Assembly (NCBI GenBank): GCA_963840455.1
Contig: CAWIYV010000014.1
Coordinates: forward strand, 1 to 64,000
Direction: 5' to 3'
DNA from: Nitrospirota bacterium
Lineage (GTDB): Bacteria > Nitrospirota > UBA9217
DNA: 64,000 nucleotides
Positions 61,313 to 64,000 of this stretch are shown in pieces (the first letter of the stretch is position 1; every line of letters begins with the position of its first letter). The translations under genes and the position numbers were made by a program. The notes beneath the pieces are model-generated. The model was not told the origin of the DNA. It did not search any database and was given only the letters and a program-made list of their open reading frames with translations.

Positions 61313-64000
61313 GTGAAAAAATTAATATCGATAGCAGGAATGCTCGTAATAGTTTTATGCGCAATATCCGCGTGGGCGGGTCCATTCTCGGCCACGAATC
61401 CAATGACTTCAGCAAGGTTTCTTCACACCGCAACCTTACTCCCGAATGGCAAGGTGCTGATCGTGGGGGGATACAATAACTCTATAACCTTTAATACCGC
61501 CGAAGTATACGATCCCGCAACCGGAACCTTCACAGCCACTGCAGGGAATATGATGTCAGCGAGGCATTATCACACCGCAACCTTACTCCCGAATGGCAAG
61601 GTGCTGATCGTGGGGGGGCGAAACGGGGACATTTGGTTGAATACCGCCGAAGTGTACGACCCACAAACAGGAATCTTCACAACTACAACAGGGATTATGA
61701 CTTCAGTAAGGAATAATCACACAGCAACGCTGCTCCCGAATGGCAAAGTGCTAATCACGGGGGGGTGGGGTGGCAACAGCTTCTTGAATACTGCGGAAGT
61801 ATACGACCCCGCAACAGGAATTTTCACTGCCACGATGGGAATCATGACCTCAGCGAGGGGGAATCACACTGCAACCCTTCTCCCGAATGACAAGGTATTG
61901 ATTGCAGGGGGATACAGCAACACCGATTTAAAGACTGCCGAAGTGTACGACCCTGAAACTGGAACCTTCACAGCCACTGCGGGGAATATGACTTCAGCGC
62001 GGTCTTATCACACAGCGACCCTCCTCCCGAATGGCAAGGTATTGATCGCGGGAGGATGGGGCAACTATTCAGTAAGCACCGCCGAAGTGTACGACCCCAC
62101 AAACGGAATCTTCACAGCCACGGCGGGGAATATGACTTCAGTACGGAATCAGCATTCATCAACCCTGCTTCCCAATGGCAAGGTACTGATAACAGGGGGG
62201 CACAATGGCAGCATCTGGTTGAATACCGCCGAAGTATACGATTCCGTAACTGGAACCTTCACAGTCACTGCGGGGAATATGATATCAGCAAGAGGTTGTC
62301 AAAGCGCAACTCTGCTCCCGAATGGCAAGGTACTGGTCGCTGGTGGGCACGGCAACAGCGTTTACTTGGATACTGCCGAAGTATACGACTATGCCTTCGG
62401 AACTTTCACATCCACGGCAGGGAATATGACTTCAGTAATAGAACCTCGCACCGCAACGCTGCTCCCAAATGGCAAGGTATTAGTAGTAGATGGGGCTGGG
62501 AGGCTTACCGCCGAATTGAACGACCCTTTAACCGGAACCTTCACAGTTACGGGGAATATGGCTTCATATAGGAGGGGAACGTTCACCGCAACGCTCCTCC
62601 CAAATGGCAAGGTGCTGGTCGCGGGGGGAGGCCAAGATTTAGTAGGCGGCGTGAATAGAGCCGATGTGTATGATCCCGTAACAGGAACCTTCACAGCCAC
62701 TGCAGGGAACATGACTGGAGGAAGGGGTACTCACACTGCAACACTTCTCCCGAATGGCAATGTGTTATTAGCGGGGGGGATGGCCAGCGATTGGTTGGCT
62801 ACCGCGGAAGTGTATGACCCCACAACCGGAATCTTCACAGCCACGGGGAAGATGCATTCAGCAAGGGGTGCTCACACCGCAACTCTGCTCCCGAACGGCA
62901 AGGTATTGATTGCCGGCGGGATGTATGGTTCCTATGGCCAAATTAACTTAAATACCGCTGAAGTGTACGACCCTGAAACTGGAACCTTCACTGACACGGG
63001 GAATATGACATCTGAGAGATCTTATTCATCCGCAACGCTGCTCCCGAATGGCAATGTATTGGTTGCAGGTGGGGCAAGAGGCGGAACTGCGGAACTGTAT
63101 GACCCTACCACCGGAATCTTCGCAAGCACAGGGAACATGACTTCAGCAAGATTTCAACATAGTGCAACATTACTTTCGAATGGTAAGGTGTTGATCGCGG
63201 GGGGCGACTATCCCGTTAATACCGCCGAAGTGTACGACCCAGCAACAGGAGTCTTCACAGCCACGACAGAGAATATGACTTCAGCAAGGGGTGCTCACAC
63301 CGCAACCTTACTCCTGAATGGTAAAGTGCTGATCATGGGGGGGAATTTCTCGAATACCGCTGAAGTGTACGACGCTACCCTTGGTTTTTCCGATGCATGG
63401 CGCCCCGTTGTTGATCCTATCTCTTCAGCCATAATAATAGGCAAGTCACTCTCGATCACCGGCAGCGGTTTTACTGGCTATGGAAACTCCGAAGGCTCCA
63501 GCGGAGCGACGAATAATTCTGCCACCAATTTCCCCCTGGCTCAGCTCAGAAGCATTGACAGTGGACAGACGCTCTGGCTCCAGACCGCGCCGGTTGCAAA
63601 TGGTTCTACTGTAACATCAATTACGACAATGCCTGTTGAAAATTTTCCGGCGGGTCCTTCCTTGCTTACAGTGTTTGTCAATGGTATTCCTAGCGTCTCC
63701 AGCTACGTCACAGTTGAAAATATTTCTGAGACCACAGGTGTTTATTCCATCACGGCCAGCTCCAGTACAGGTGGCAGCATCTCGCCGTCGGGGAACTTGA
63801 ATGTCAATGCAGGTGGCACTGCGTCATTCACCATCACCCCAAATCCGGGGTACCAAGTGCTGAGTGTAATCGTTGATGGTGCGAACAAAGGGGCGGTAAA
63901 CAGTTATAGTTTTACGAACGTAGCGGGGAACCACACAATCAGCACCTTTTTCAAGCCGATTACCTATACGATCACGGCAACGGCAGGAGCGAACGGCGCC
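61313..64000 (+). CDS. Secreted kelch-repeat protein (14 blades) with C-terminal InlB-B/Flg_new-like repeats; runs off the window
   Basis: GTG after ggaggt; signal peptide; 14 x TATLLPNGKVL..GG..AEVYDP; YSITAS..GGSISPSG..TITPN.GY; same frame at window end; absent from ORF track because no stop is reached. Confidence 0.9.
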   Translation, partial: MKKLISIAGMLVIVLCAISAWAGPFSATNPMTSARFLHTATLLPNGKVLIVGGYNNSITFNTAEVYDPATGTFTATAGNMMSARHYHTATLLPNGKVLIVGGRNGDIWLNTAEVYDPQTGIFTTTTGIMTSVRNNHTATLLPNGKVLITGGWGGNSFLNTAEVYDPATGIFTATMGIMTSARGNHTATLLPNDKVLIAGGYSNTDLKTAEVYDPETGTFTATAGNMTSARSYHTATLLPNGKVLIAGGWGNYSVSTAEVYDPTNGIFTATAGNMTSVRNQHSSTLLPNGKVLITGGHNGSIWLNTAEVYDSVTGTFTVTAGNMISARGCQSATLLPNGKVLVAGGHGNSVYLDTAEVYDYAFGTFTSTAGNMTSVIEPRTATLLPNGKVLVVDGAGRLTAELNDPLTGTFTVTGNMASYRRGTFTATLLPNGKVLVAGGGQDLVGGVNRADVYDPVTGTFTATAGNMTGGRGTHTATLLPNGNVLLAGGMASDWLATAEVYDPTTGIFTATGKMHSARGAHTATLLPNGKVLIAGGMYGSYGQINLNTAEVYDPETGTFTDTGNMTSERSYSSATLLPNGNVLVAGGARGGTAELYDPTTGIFASTGNMTSARFQHSATLLSNGKVLIAGGDYPVNTAEVYDPATGVFTATTENMTSARGAHTATLLLNGKVLIMGGNFSNTAEVYDATLGFSDAWRPVVDPISSAIIIGKSLSITGSGFTGYGNSEGSSGATNNSATNFPLAQLRSIDSGQTLWLQTAPVANGSTVTSITTMPVENFPAGPSLLTVFVNGIPSVSSYVTVENISETTGVYSITASSSTGGSISPSGNLNVNAGGTASFTITPNPGYQVLSVIVDGANKGAVNSYSFTNVAGNHTISTFFKPITYTITATAGANGA

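Noticed and set aside
61313-63400. Diversity-generating retroelement acting on the kelch blades
   Set aside because: Differences are not adenine-restricted and include indels; no reverse transcriptase or template repeat seen.

Overview
GC-rich bacterial chromosome segment. Gene content suggests an anaerobic Nitrospirota/Desulfobacterota-type organism (inference). About 1-55.6 kb is mostly housekeeping: M48 peptidase, a frameshifted UPF0182 gene, pilT, CDF transporter, trxB-like, two moeA, a split tol-pal cluster, a CusCBA-type efflux operon with a sigma54-like promoter, scpA/scpB, nrdJ with NrdR boxes, ttcA, class V aminotransferase-serA-purA. Intergenic spaces are crowded with small repeats: 86/87-bp tandem arrays, REP-like palindromes, a nested MITE, RAYT-type transposase remnants and 7-9-bp periodic tracts. 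An in-frame TGA followed by a SECIS-like hairpin predicts a DUF1573-like selenoprotein (49431-49847). After tRNA-Lys and tRNA-Glu, an AT-rich region holds three copies of the tRNA-Glu 3' end. Two are preceded by matching arm-repeat + IHF-site modules and bound integrase-less cassettes. One cassette carries a class III nucleotide cyclase plus a 2-TM protein (candidate defence module), the other a single secreted repeat protein. The window ends inside a secreted 14-kelch-repeat protein. All calls come from reading motifs by eye; no searches were run.
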